DNA from: a virus
Lineage: Duplodnaviria > Caudoviricetes
DNA length: 51,939 bases
Virus record (IMG/VR): IMGVR_UViG_3300044723_003553
Location: 1 to 51,939 of that record
Reading direction: 5' to 3' (one strand)
The notes beneath the pieces were generated by a model that saw only the letters and a program-made list of their open reading frames with translations, was not told the origin of the DNA and did no database searches. Made by a program: the position numbers and the translations under genes. Of this stretch, positions 36,384 through 45,261 are shown in pieces. The first letter of the stretch is position 1. Every line of letters starts with the position of its first letter.

Positions 36384-37387
36384 GGATATACATATTTCCC
36401 ACCAAAGAAGAACACCCAATCTTAAAAGGTTATTTAGATGCAAGAGGTTTTAAATATGAGGACTACGATGAGTGGGATTTTAGTGCAGGGAAACGTTTTA
36501 TAGTCCCTCCAGAAGAATGTCTGCTCATACTTCCATATTCTATTTTTAAATTTACAGATATTGACAAGTTTATAACAGATATTAATGCAAGTAGATGTCA
36601 TATATATTTTATTCAACATCAGGATAACATAAATTTTTATGAATGGGGTAAACAACAAATTTCTCAAATTACAAGACCTGTCCATTTACATGCAGATGCA
36701 CAATTACATAATAAAGGTATTCCTATAGCAACACTAGCATATGATTTTACACATGTATTGAATAATTTTTATTTAGAAACAAATCAAAATAGAACCAAAG
36801 ATTTTTTACTTACTACTATCCTAAAGCCAGGAAGATTGCACAGGAAAATTTTAATAGACAAGCTCAAACAAGCAGATTTGTTAAAAAACTATGCAGGAGT
36901 AATTCATCCCAGAATAGTCCCCCAAACAGAAACACATGAAAAATGGTTAGGTACATTAACCAGTGCTGAGCAACACGAATTTCTTCAAGGTAAAATATAC
37001 TGGGATTTATACAATACAGTGTATTATGAACTTGTGCCAGAGACTAGACACGACTATGCTAGTTTTCCTACAGAGAAAATATGGAAACCAATAGTAGCTA
37101 AAATTCCATTTATATGTTTAAGTGATTACCGATTCTATGACACCCTGCACTCATTGGGTTTTAAAACGTTTGACGGTATTATAGATGAATCTTTTGCAAG
37201 CGAACCTGATCTGGAAACACGAATAGATAAAATTATACACACAATGACCCACATTAACGCCCAAGAGTTTTACGAAAGATCACGCGACATATGTGAACAT
37301 AATTATAAAACACTGTGTTATTTCCATTACGAAAATATTAATCGATTTATCAGACAACTAGACGATTTTTTTAAGCCATATATCTAG
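36380..37387 (+). CDS. putative glycosyltransferase-like phage protein
   Basis: LVPET...TEKIWKP...GFKTFD..IDESF. Confidence 0.55.
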   Translation: MRIYIFPTKEEHPILKGYLDARGFKYEDYDEWDFSAGKRFIVPPEECLLILPYSIFKFTDIDKFITDINASRCHIYFIQHQDNINFYEWGKQQISQITRPVHLHADAQLHNKGIPIATLAYDFTHVLNNFYLETNQNRTKDFLLTTILKPGRLHRKILIDKLKQADLLKNYAGVIHPRIVPQTETHEKWLGTLTSAEQHEFLQGKIYWDLYNTVYYELVPETRHDYASFPTEKIWKPIVAKIPFICLSDYRFYDTLHSLGFKTFDGIIDESFASEPDLETRIDKIIHTMTHINAQEFYERSRDICEHNYKTLCYFHYENINRFIRQLDDFFKPYI

Positions 37388-37976
37388 TCATAATACTCTG
37401 ACGCAAGTTACAGGGTATAGGGTCACAACGATGCCAACTGTAAGCATCTACACGCATTAGCCAGCTAAAGTTAGGACGAAACGGAAACCTTTTTATTTCA
37501 TTATCGTTCTCATCGGTGATACTAGTCCCCCACTGTTCCCCGCCGTCACAGAACATATAGATCTGCCAAGCAGTGTTAATAGTATGCCCGTCATAATGAT
37601 TGTTTACACCATAGCCAGCATAGTCCTCCCAGAGACTGCTGGTTGTCCAACGATCACCAGCATACTCAAGCCCTTCTAAAGCATATACTGCCTGTTGTAC
37701 ATCTGTATGTTCCATAATGTTATGGTAGTACTCTTGCCAAAAGTCTATACTGCCACTTTCGGGTATGTAGATTGCACGGTTTTGGTTAAATCCCTCAGGG
37801 TTGGTACGGCTCATTTCAGTAGCCATATCGGGCCAATGTTGCATACACAGTTCATACAGCTCTGGATCTAGTGTATCCTCAATAACCACATGCCAATAGG
37901 GTTCCCATTCAACAGTAGCTTGTTGCAATTTTGCAACAGTATATTTTCTGTATTTTTCCCAAGAAATGGTAGACAC
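37371..37976 (-). CDS. 2OG-Fe(II) oxygenase
   Basis: HYD...SWH...RQS facial triad and 2OG-binding pattern. Confidence 0.7.
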   Translation of the reverse strand: MSTISWEKYRKYTVAKLQQATVEWEPYWHVVIEDTLDPELYELCMQHWPDMATEMSRTNPEGFNQNRAIYIPESGSIDFWQEYYHNIMEHTDVQQAVYALEGLEYAGDRWTTSSLWEDYAGYGVNNHYDGHTINTAWQIYMFCDGGEQWGTSITDENDNEIKRFPFRPNFSWLMRVDAYSWHRCDPIPCNLRQSIMTRYMA

Positions 37977-37997
37977 GAGCGTATCCTATGCTATTAT
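37970..37997 (+). promoter_or_regulatory. sigma70-like promoter
   Basis: TAGACA-N16-TATTAT with TGC extension. Confidence 0.65.
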
Positions 37998-38036
37998 AAT
38001 AGAGTAAGTTAAACAAAGGACCAAAAGGATCAGAAC

Positions 38037-38783
38037 ATGGCCCGATTTGATTATACAACTACTTATCCGCTCCGTGATGTGATGGCTGCGAGTGTGATGG
38101 CCTACCGCCTCAACGGTGACGAATACATCTTCTGGCAACTCATCACAAATACTGTTACTGAGTTTGACAAAGATGCAGATAATTACATTATTCGAAATCA
38201 TACCAACAAACATTTAATGCTTTATAGCGTTACTGATGCAACTCCCCCAGATAATTTGATGCATCCTAAAGTTAACTTTTTCTTTGATAATGTTGCTGAT
38301 GCTGAGGACTATGCTGTTGCTGATGAAATTATCAGTTACTACCAGGGTTTAGTGCTAAAAGCAATGGGCGCAACCATAAACGAATTTGAGCAGAAGATTT
38401 TAGGTCTTATTAAATCGGGCAAGGTGGCTGCTAACGAGTTTGGGATTGTAGCAAGCCTGCCCAAGAGCTACTTTCGTAGTGTGGAGCGTGATGCAGTTGA
38501 AGCACAACAGCGAGCTCTATCAGATGATAGCCAGTATGTTGGTAAGATTGGCGATACTGTAGAGCTTGCTATTGATGTCCTTCGTTGTAACTTCATTCAG
38601 AAGTTGAACTGTCACGTTGTTAACGCTAGAGCAGGCAACGATCTGATTGTGTTCTTTACTAGTAATGCTAACGACTTCGACGGCATGCGGTGCGGTAATA
38701 TCAAGGGTCGTGTTAAGCGGCACCAGACTAGCAACTACCACGGCGGAAAAGAGACGGTTCTCAACTACGTAAAGGTGCTATAA
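38037..38783 (+). CDS. hypothetical protein with probable C-terminal OB fold
   Basis: SQYVGKIGD...GRVKRH....GKETVLNYVK. Confidence 0.65.
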   Translation: MARFDYTTTYPLRDVMAASVMAYRLNGDEYIFWQLITNTVTEFDKDADNYIIRNHTNKHLMLYSVTDATPPDNLMHPKVNFFFDNVADAEDYAVADEIISYYQGLVLKAMGATINEFEQKILGLIKSGKVAANEFGIVASLPKSYFRSVERDAVEAQQRALSDDSQYVGKIGDTVELAIDVLRCNFIQKLNCHVVNARAGNDLIVFFTSNANDFDGMRCGNIKGRVKRHQTSNYHGGKETVLNYVKVL

Positions 38784-38789
38784 TTGATA

Positions 38790-38928
38790 ACGTGCCCGCA
38801 GGGAGTGCGGACTAGTAGGGTGTACGGTTTACCCTATGATTGAAGTGGGTTTACCAGCCCGCAACAACAGACTGTAGGAAGAGTGGCCCGCGGTGGAGCG
38901 GGAACGTATTGAAGCTGCGGGCCACAAT
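38790..38928 (+). ncRNA. candidate structured intergenic RNA
   Basis: Four successive GC-rich hairpins directly after extended -10 TGCTATAAT (38776-38784). Confidence 0.45.
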
Positions 38929-38954
38929 ATTTTTAATGCAAGCAGGAGATGATT

Positions 38955-39122
38955 ATGACAAATGAAAAAACAGAAAACGACAAAGCAATTGAAGAATTCC
39001 TTGCCAATGGCGGGGTAATTAAAACAATCCCTGCTGGTGAAACAGGGCTAGAAGAAGGTGCTCTCAATCCTTGGAAACGTGGTCCCGGCAGGCCAAAGGC
39101 ATCAGACAAGAAACAATCATAA
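38955..39122 (+). CDS. small protein with SutA-like RNAP-binding motif and AT-hook-like GRP
   Basis: AGGAG RBS; AIEEFLANGGVIKTIP and RGPGRPK; not in ORF track. Confidence 0.6.
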   Translation: MTNEKTENDKAIEEFLANGGVIKTIPAGETGLEEGALNPWKRGPGRPKASDKKQS

Positions 39123-39138
39123 ACGGAGAAAGAAACAG

Positions 39139-39741
39139 TTGAATAAAACAATACTTACAGACTGCGACGGCGTACTCCTTAACTGGGAGTACGCCTTCAA
39201 TATATGGATGGAGGACCATGGTCATACTATGATCGATAATGGCAACTTCATTTATAATGTATCAAAGCGATATGGACTAGAACGAGAAGAAGGCAGCAGA
39301 CTTGTACGGTTCTTTAATGAGAGTGCTGTACAGGGATTCCTCCCTGCGCTACGTGATAGTGAGCACTATGTTAGGCTACTTGCTAATCTAGGATACAAGT
39401 TTCACGTTATAACTAGTATGACCAAGGACCCAAGTGCACAGAAGTTGCGTACTCGCAACCTACAAAAGTTGTTTGGTGAAGGCACTTTTGAGAAGTTTAT
39501 ATTCTTAGACACGGGCGAAGATAAAGATGCAGTGCTTGCTGAGTACAAGGATACAGGGCTGTATTGGATTGAAGACAAGCCTACTAACGCTGAACTAGGT
39601 CTTAAAATGGGGCTTAAGAGTTTAGTGGTAGAGCATGCATTTAATCTACACTACGAAGGTGGTGCTCCGTTTGTTAAGAACTGGCGAGAAATATACGAGA
39701 TCGTAACTGGAAACGTACACGACCACACACGCTGGGACTAA
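39139..39741 (+). CDS. HAD-family 5'(3')-deoxyribonucleotidase-like protein
   Basis: DCDGVL, ITS, WIEDK motifs; TTG start after GGAG. Confidence 0.82.
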   Translation: MNKTILTDCDGVLLNWEYAFNIWMEDHGHTMIDNGNFIYNVSKRYGLEREEGSRLVRFFNESAVQGFLPALRDSEHYVRLLANLGYKFHVITSMTKDPSAQKLRTRNLQKLFGEGTFEKFIFLDTGEDKDAVLAEYKDTGLYWIEDKPTNAELGLKMGLKSLVVEHAFNLHYEGGAPFVKNWREIYEIVTGNVHDHTRWD

Positions 39742-39767
39742 AAAAGGGAGCACTAATGCTCCCTTTT
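39740..39767. terminator. bidirectional terminator between convergent genes
   Basis: AAAAGGGAGCA/TGCTCCCTTTT hairpin. Confidence 0.8.
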
Positions 39768-39785
39768 ACTGATATATCAATATTT

Positions 39786-40439
39786 TTATTCTTCATCTGC
39801 AAACTGTCTTCCAACTATGTCATCAGGTCTTCCAGGAGGCCGGACTACGGGTGAACCCCAAGGAATTTGCATTGTGTTACTTAGTGTTGGTGGTGTACTG
39901 TCTGCATCTAGTAGATTTCGATATGGATATTCGTTATATCCATCGTTTGCATAGGCGAATGTAATAATCATTGATCCATTATACATATTCTGTGAATTTT
40001 CGTTCCATGTTGTGTCTCCACTGTTGGCTACTGCGTCTCCATCAATGGTTAATGCTGACCAAGTAGTTCTAAACTCCCTGGCATTTTCTGTTGCTGGATA
40101 ATAATTACGAGAAATCAGTGCATCCTGATTATCTTTTTGGACTCCAGTTTTGAAAGTGTCGTAAGCAGTAACTATATCGCCGCCTAGGAATTTAATTTCT
40201 CTATAATCAGTATAGTCTACATAATATGGATTGGTAAAAGCAATTTCCATACTGTGTGATGCTTCAGTGAAGTCATTGACTGTAAATGATACTTCTGTGG
40301 GAGCATTGATATCTGTACTTGAAATAGTAGCTGCACTAGCTACTACAGTTCCGTCCATTTTTACGTCAATGACAGCATCTGCGCTGTCTGTATCAGCAGC
40401 GGCTTGTATAAGTCTAAGATTAAAGGTTACATTGGCCAT
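39786..40439 (-). CDS. hypothetical, possibly virion-associated beta-sandwich protein
   Basis: AAGGA RBS; late-like GATAAATA upstream (40476-40483, minus strand). Confidence 0.6.
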   Translation of the reverse strand: MANVTFNLRLIQAAADTDSADAVIDVKMDGTVVASAATISSTDINAPTEVSFTVNDFTEASHSMEIAFTNPYYVDYTDYREIKFLGGDIVTAYDTFKTGVQKDNQDALISRNYYPATENAREFRTTWSALTIDGDAVANSGDTTWNENSQNMYNGSMIITFAYANDGYNEYPYRNLLDADSTPPTLSNTMQIPWGSPVVRPPGRPDDIVGRQFADEE

Positions 40440-40474
40440 AATTAGTTATTCCTTGCAAGTTTACATGTATATGT

Positions 40475-41215
40475 TTATTTATCGCCATAAATGTCTAATA
40501 CCTCTCGGACGGCAGGATGTCGTTCGATATCAGCATAATTAAATTCAACCATATCTATAAACTTACTGTCTTGGTGTCTAGCATAGAGCTTACTAAAGTC
40601 AAGTAATCCATTGTGTGCCTCTTTGCGGTCTGTTTGTTGCACATCACCAGTGATAACCATGCGACTATCGTCACCAATGCGTGTTAATAACATTTTCATT
40701 TGATTCGGTGTGGCATTTTGCATTTCATCTGCGATAATGAATGCGTTTTTAAAGGTGCGGCCCCGCATATATGCTAGAGGACTAATTTCAATGACCATTT
40801 CATCAATCATTGTTTTAATTTGCTTTGGGGAATAGTATTCTTGTATTACGTCAAATATCGGGCGTGTCCAAGGTTCCATTTTACTATTTAGATCACCAGG
40901 CAAGAAGCCATGTTTTTCATCATCTACTCCCACGGCTGGTCGTGTAATTACAATGCGTTCTATGTCTCTGTTTCTTAGTGCTCGAACCGCGGCTAATACT
41001 GCAAGCATGGTTTTTCCTGTACCCGCTGGCCCTGTGGCAAATACCATAGTATGTTGCTCGTCTAGTAATGATTGGACATATATTTCTTGATTTAAATTTC
41101 GTGGTATAAGATTAACTTGTTTCTTTTTCTCCATGTAAGGTTCAAGAGTTACCACATTATCATAGTTTTTTTTATTTGAAAATTTATTTGAACGTTTTGT
41201 GTTCTTGCGACTCAT
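40475..41215 (-). CDS. phoH: PhoH-family ATPase
   Basis: GPAGTGKT, TRP, GFLPG, YMRGRT, DEMQN, LTRIG, GD..Q. Confidence 0.95.
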   Translation of the reverse strand: MSRKNTKRSNKFSNKKNYDNVVTLEPYMEKKKQVNLIPRNLNQEIYVQSLLDEQHTMVFATGPAGTGKTMLAVLAAVRALRNRDIERIVITRPAVGVDDEKHGFLPGDLNSKMEPWTRPIFDVIQEYYSPKQIKTMIDEMVIEISPLAYMRGRTFKNAFIIADEMQNATPNQMKMLLTRIGDDSRMVITGDVQQTDRKEAHNGLLDFSKLYARHQDSKFIDMVEFNYADIERHPAVREVLDIYGDK

Positions 41216-41332
41216 TAAATATTCCTCCGTTAATAAGTTTCGAGGAGGCGTTTTTTAAGTGCGGTTGATATAAGGTGCATTAAGCCCCCTTTCCAAACGT
41301 ATTTAAGTAGGTGGCATAACTGTTATATACTG

Positions 41333-42106
41333 TTATTTGAGTCTATGCTCAACGAAGGGTAATATTTTGTCTACAAAAGCAGTATGAGCAGGTTCTAGAG
41401 GATGTGTTGCACCGAATGGAAAGTCGTTTTTTTGCGACCATTTGTAAAATCCTATATCAGTGTAACATCTAGAATGATCTAAACTGTTGTACAAACACTC
41501 TAAATAACTGTCCACAGGTACATTTTGTTCAAATACGGTAATATCCACATATGTATAAATGTAGGGCACATTCCGCTGTTTGAGCCAGTCTTGCAAGAAT
41601 ACCATCTCCTTAATAGATGTATAAAGTTCATAGTATTCACTATCTCCAACATCCTTAAAGAAGTGTTCACTAAATGCTGCCAATCCTGTGGACTGTGCAG
41701 TTTTTTGATTATTTTTGTAGTGATCAAATATGTTTTCTTTAAAATTTGCAAATGCACCAGTAATAACGCTAGTATCTTTTTCATGTGTCCAGGGAGTTAT
41801 AGTATACCAGGGCGAATGTTTTTCTTGTGTATCATATTTAAATCTAAACTCATATCTACTAGGGTAACTCCACATTACCGCTACTGCAATGTTGTGCCCT
41901 TGTGCTAAATGCTTGTTACATGCTGTCATTGTTTTACGAGCTATTGCACTGTTTCCGTCGCCACCCCAGGCAGTACAGTCATAGCTCATGTCTAACTTGT
42001 TAGCAAGTTGGCTTGCCCATGTGGAGTTACTAAATTGTGTTGGTGTACAATCAGCCAATTCGTTTCCAAAGGTAAAACTATCTCCACCTGCTATTAAAAT
42101 TGTCAT
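41333..42106 (-). CDS. SGNH/GDSL-like hydrolase
   Basis: GDSFTFG, GNS.I.R, C-terminal THP...H. Confidence 0.7.
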   Translation of the reverse strand: MTILIAGGDSFTFGNELADCTPTQFSNSTWASQLANKLDMSYDCTAWGGDGNSAIARKTMTACNKHLAQGHNIAVAVMWSYPSRYEFRFKYDTQEKHSPWYTITPWTHEKDTSVITGAFANFKENIFDHYKNNQKTAQSTGLAAFSEHFFKDVGDSEYYELYTSIKEMVFLQDWLKQRNVPYIYTYVDITVFEQNVPVDSYLECLYNSLDHSRCYTDIGFYKWSQKNDFPFGATHPLEPAHTAFVDKILPFVEHRLK

Positions 42107-42147
42107 TAATAATCCATTTATTATATGCTACTATTATAAATACTTAT

Positions 42148-42687
42148 ATGATCTACATACCCCCCACATTTTTTACCGGTGCGCCAGGAAGCAAATGGAG
42201 TGGCGTTGCTCAAGAAATAGAAGAGCAAGGCAACTACGATACTAGTGATCGTACGCCCGCCCGAGAGTATACTCATAGTGCATACTCTGGACACCTAGGA
42301 GCATATTTTGGCACAGGAATGGAATTTCCTCCTGAATTAGATATTGCTACTTTGCATAGACCTTTTGCCGCTGAGCAAACTGGTCCAAGACTAATTAAGA
42401 GTCACGAGTGGTCCACACAATTAAATAAAATTGTTGATCGGTTCCCGAGTAGTAAAATTATAATGGTCCATAGACCAGACCATCTATGTTACGAATGGTG
42501 GATGCAAGCAGGTGGCTGGAGTATTACCTACCCAGACTACAAATACTACGTTGATGACAACGTAATGAAATTTAAAATAGCAGAGCAGAATAGAGCAATG
42601 CTTGACTTTGCACAGAAACACAGTGTACAATGGGTACAACATCATAAACTCAGTGATGTTTCTATAGGAACTTATAAAGGCAACTAA
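42148..42687 (+). CDS. P-loop/sulfotransferase-like protein
   Basis: FTGAPGSKWS, IKSH, MVHR; TATAAATA just upstream. Confidence 0.55.
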   Translation: MIYIPPTFFTGAPGSKWSGVAQEIEEQGNYDTSDRTPAREYTHSAYSGHLGAYFGTGMEFPPELDIATLHRPFAAEQTGPRLIKSHEWSTQLNKIVDRFPSSKIIMVHRPDHLCYEWWMQAGGWSITYPDYKYYVDDNVMKFKIAEQNRAMLDFAQKHSVQWVQHHKLSDVSIGTYKGN

Positions 42688-43658
42688 TGTATCCAGTTGA
42701 GACATGTAACAATTATCTAGTACTAACTCCTGATGGAGTAGGTAGTACATACTTACAACGTGCATTGACTGTGTATCTTCAGTGTGCAGACTTAGATTAT
42801 TGGAACACACATGAACTATTAAACGGACTCGGTAACAAAGATGGTAGTTTATATAAAGATTTTAATTTAGGCTATTCTCAAACAATACATGAAATATGTG
42901 AATTACTACAATCCACAAGCAATAGTTTAGTTTCTCGTATTGCGCAATATCATATTTACAGACGATTAAAATATAAAAAAGAAAACTATCAACAGTTATA
43001 TGACGCATGTAATAAAAAGTTTGATAAAATATTTTACTGTACTAGAGATCCATTTGAATATGCACTGAGCTGGAGTATTAGAAATAATACTAACGTTCTA
43101 AATGTATACAGCATAAAAGAAAGAATATCAGTGCATGGTGAGGACGTAAAGCAAACTGTGGATTTAGGATATTTTAATCGAAAACTAGAGCAATATAGTG
43201 CATATGAATACTGGGCAAAAGATAATTTTAATATTACTAGAGCTGTAAACTATGATGATAATCACCGTGATGTAGACAGTATGATGAAAGAGTTAACAGG
43301 ATTAGATCATAATGTTGAAAATAGATTTGGTATTAGTCTACAGGATTACAGCACTGTTAGATATATGACCAGTATGTATATGCAAACTAAAGATAAAAAA
43401 TATGTATGTAATAGAGACCAAGCAGCGGGTGCTATAAAGTTGAAACAGTTTATACAAAGCCTGCTACCCAAAAAACTTCCAAATGAAATTCCTGTAAAAA
43501 TGAACACCATGCAGGATAAACAAAAACGTGTTATAAATTTTGATGATGCCGTTGAAGTTTATAACAAATGGACATCTACTACTAACAGCCATATGCCAAT
43601 ATCTTCAGAAGAAATTACAAAAAGAATAGCATTAGAGAGTAAAATTTATGCTCATTAA
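42687..43658 (+). CDS. sulfotransferase-like protein
   Basis: PDGVGSTYL, HE, R-D...ALS pattern; TAATG coupling. Confidence 0.5.
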   Translation: MYPVETCNNYLVLTPDGVGSTYLQRALTVYLQCADLDYWNTHELLNGLGNKDGSLYKDFNLGYSQTIHEICELLQSTSNSLVSRIAQYHIYRRLKYKKENYQQLYDACNKKFDKIFYCTRDPFEYALSWSIRNNTNVLNVYSIKERISVHGEDVKQTVDLGYFNRKLEQYSAYEYWAKDNFNITRAVNYDDNHRDVDSMMKELTGLDHNVENRFGISLQDYSTVRYMTSMYMQTKDKKYVCNRDQAAGAIKLKQFIQSLLPKKLPNEIPVKMNTMQDKQKRVINFDDAVEVYNKWTSTTNSHMPISSEEITKRIALESKIYAH

Positions 43659-44490
43659 CGATCTAAAATACTATGAAATATCTGCTAACTATCGCAATAC
43701 AACAAGTGGAATGGATCATCCAGATAAGGGGCTTGTTACAAGTAAAGATTGGCATGCATACCCCATTCAAGACTTTGATTATAAATTTAACAGTTGGGGA
43801 TTTAGAGGGCCAGATTACAACCAATACATAGATAAAAAAGTAAACATCTGCTTAGGAGATAGTTTTACTGTTAATGTAGGTGGACCAATAGAGCATAGTT
43901 GGTGCAGTCAATTAGCACTACATTTTGACGCTCCCACACTTAATTTAGGTATGGATGGTGCAGGTAATGATGCTATAAGATTGGTGTATGATAGAGCTTG
44001 TGATTTATTTGATGTACAGAATACTTTTGTGATGTATAGTTATTTGCATAGGCGATTGGTTGATAACAAATTTGGACAAGAAGTACACAATGATAGTGAA
44101 AATTGTAAATATTTTTTAGAACACCGTATACCAAATGCAATTGAATGTGCATTGCCAGTCTGGAATTACACAGACGAGGAAAGGCAGTTCCTGTCAGAAA
44201 TAGAAATATACTTTTTTGAGGTACCATTATATTTTTCCGATAATCAAGAAATATATAGAAAATTTATTAGCGAAGATGCATATAATAATCTTCGAGGACA
44301 GGTCTGGCCTACACTAGAACAATTTATACAAGGTGCTGCACCCCATCCAGATATGTTTACAAAAGAGTTTGGTAATTTTTTGTCAGACAAAAAATGTAAA
44401 AACAGAGATGGGCATCATATGAATCAAGAAACAAACAAGATATACGCAGACTATTTTTACAAACAATGGAAACAACATAATGAATCATAA
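43648..44490 (+). CDS. SGNH/GDSL-like hydrolase
   Basis: NSWGFR, GDSFT, NLG..GAGN, DGHH. Confidence 0.7.
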   Translation: MLINDLKYYEISANYRNTTSGMDHPDKGLVTSKDWHAYPIQDFDYKFNSWGFRGPDYNQYIDKKVNICLGDSFTVNVGGPIEHSWCSQLALHFDAPTLNLGMDGAGNDAIRLVYDRACDLFDVQNTFVMYSYLHRRLVDNKFGQEVHNDSENCKYFLEHRIPNAIECALPVWNYTDEERQFLSEIEIYFFEVPLYFSDNQEIYRKFISEDAYNNLRGQVWPTLEQFIQGAAPHPDMFTKEFGNFLSDKKCKNRDGHHMNQETNKIYADYFYKQWKQHNES

Positions 44491-45160
44491 AATTCTACAC
44501 AAACTTGAACAAATGATACACACTAGTCCACAGTTGTTACGACACCCTGAGACACTGAAGCAGGCTATCCAAGGTACATTTGATATTGAACTAGATAATA
44601 TTGATTATAACAATATCGGTGAGCTTGTTGATCGCATTGATGACAAGGTACTAGACAACTACTTTCGCAATGTATGGCAAGGCGAAATGGCAAAGTACAA
44701 GTACAGTGGACCTGCACTTATTAACGAGATAAACAGTTTGAAACCGCGCCGTGTGCTAGACATTGGCTGTGGCTATCATGAGTTCAAAGGCAAGATTGAT
44801 AACATTGTGGGTATTGATCCTTACAATGATGCAGCAGACTTGTGTGTTAAACTACTAGACCATCATCCAGATGAAAAGTATGATGCCACACTTGCCCTAG
44901 GATCAATTAACTTTGGTAGCACAGATAAAATTTTTGCAGAACTAGAACATGCTGTGAGCTTGTGTAATCCAGGTGCAGTAATGTTCTTCCGTGCTAATCC
45001 AGGCCTACCACATGACAAATCAGAATCAAACTGGATTTACTTCTATCCCTGGGATACGAACTTCATTGTTAACTGTGCTGAACAACTTGGTGTTGATATT
45101 TTAGATATCAGAACTGACAGTCACAAAAATAGGTTGTACTTCGTGTGGCGTACTAAATAA
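44480..45160 (+). CDS. class I SAM-dependent methyltransferase
   Basis: VLDIGCG, GID motifs. Confidence 0.8.
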   Translation: MNHKILHKLEQMIHTSPQLLRHPETLKQAIQGTFDIELDNIDYNNIGELVDRIDDKVLDNYFRNVWQGEMAKYKYSGPALINEINSLKPRRVLDIGCGYHEFKGKIDNIVGIDPYNDAADLCVKLLDHHPDEKYDATLALGSINFGSTDKIFAELEHAVSLCNPGAVMFFRANPGLPHDKSESNWIYFYPWDTNFIVNCAEQLGVDILDIRTDSHKNRLYFVWRTK

Positions 45161-45261
45161 AGACATAATACTACTAACGGACATAGCGTGAAGTTCAGAA
45201 GTATTTCCCCCATAACAAATTAAAAAGGCACAGCAGGTGTTAAACCCTCTGTGGATTCTAT

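Noticed and set aside
45160-45261. Riboswitch upstream of tctA
   Set aside because: Only a short CACAG/CTGTG hairpin; no recognisable aptamer consensus.
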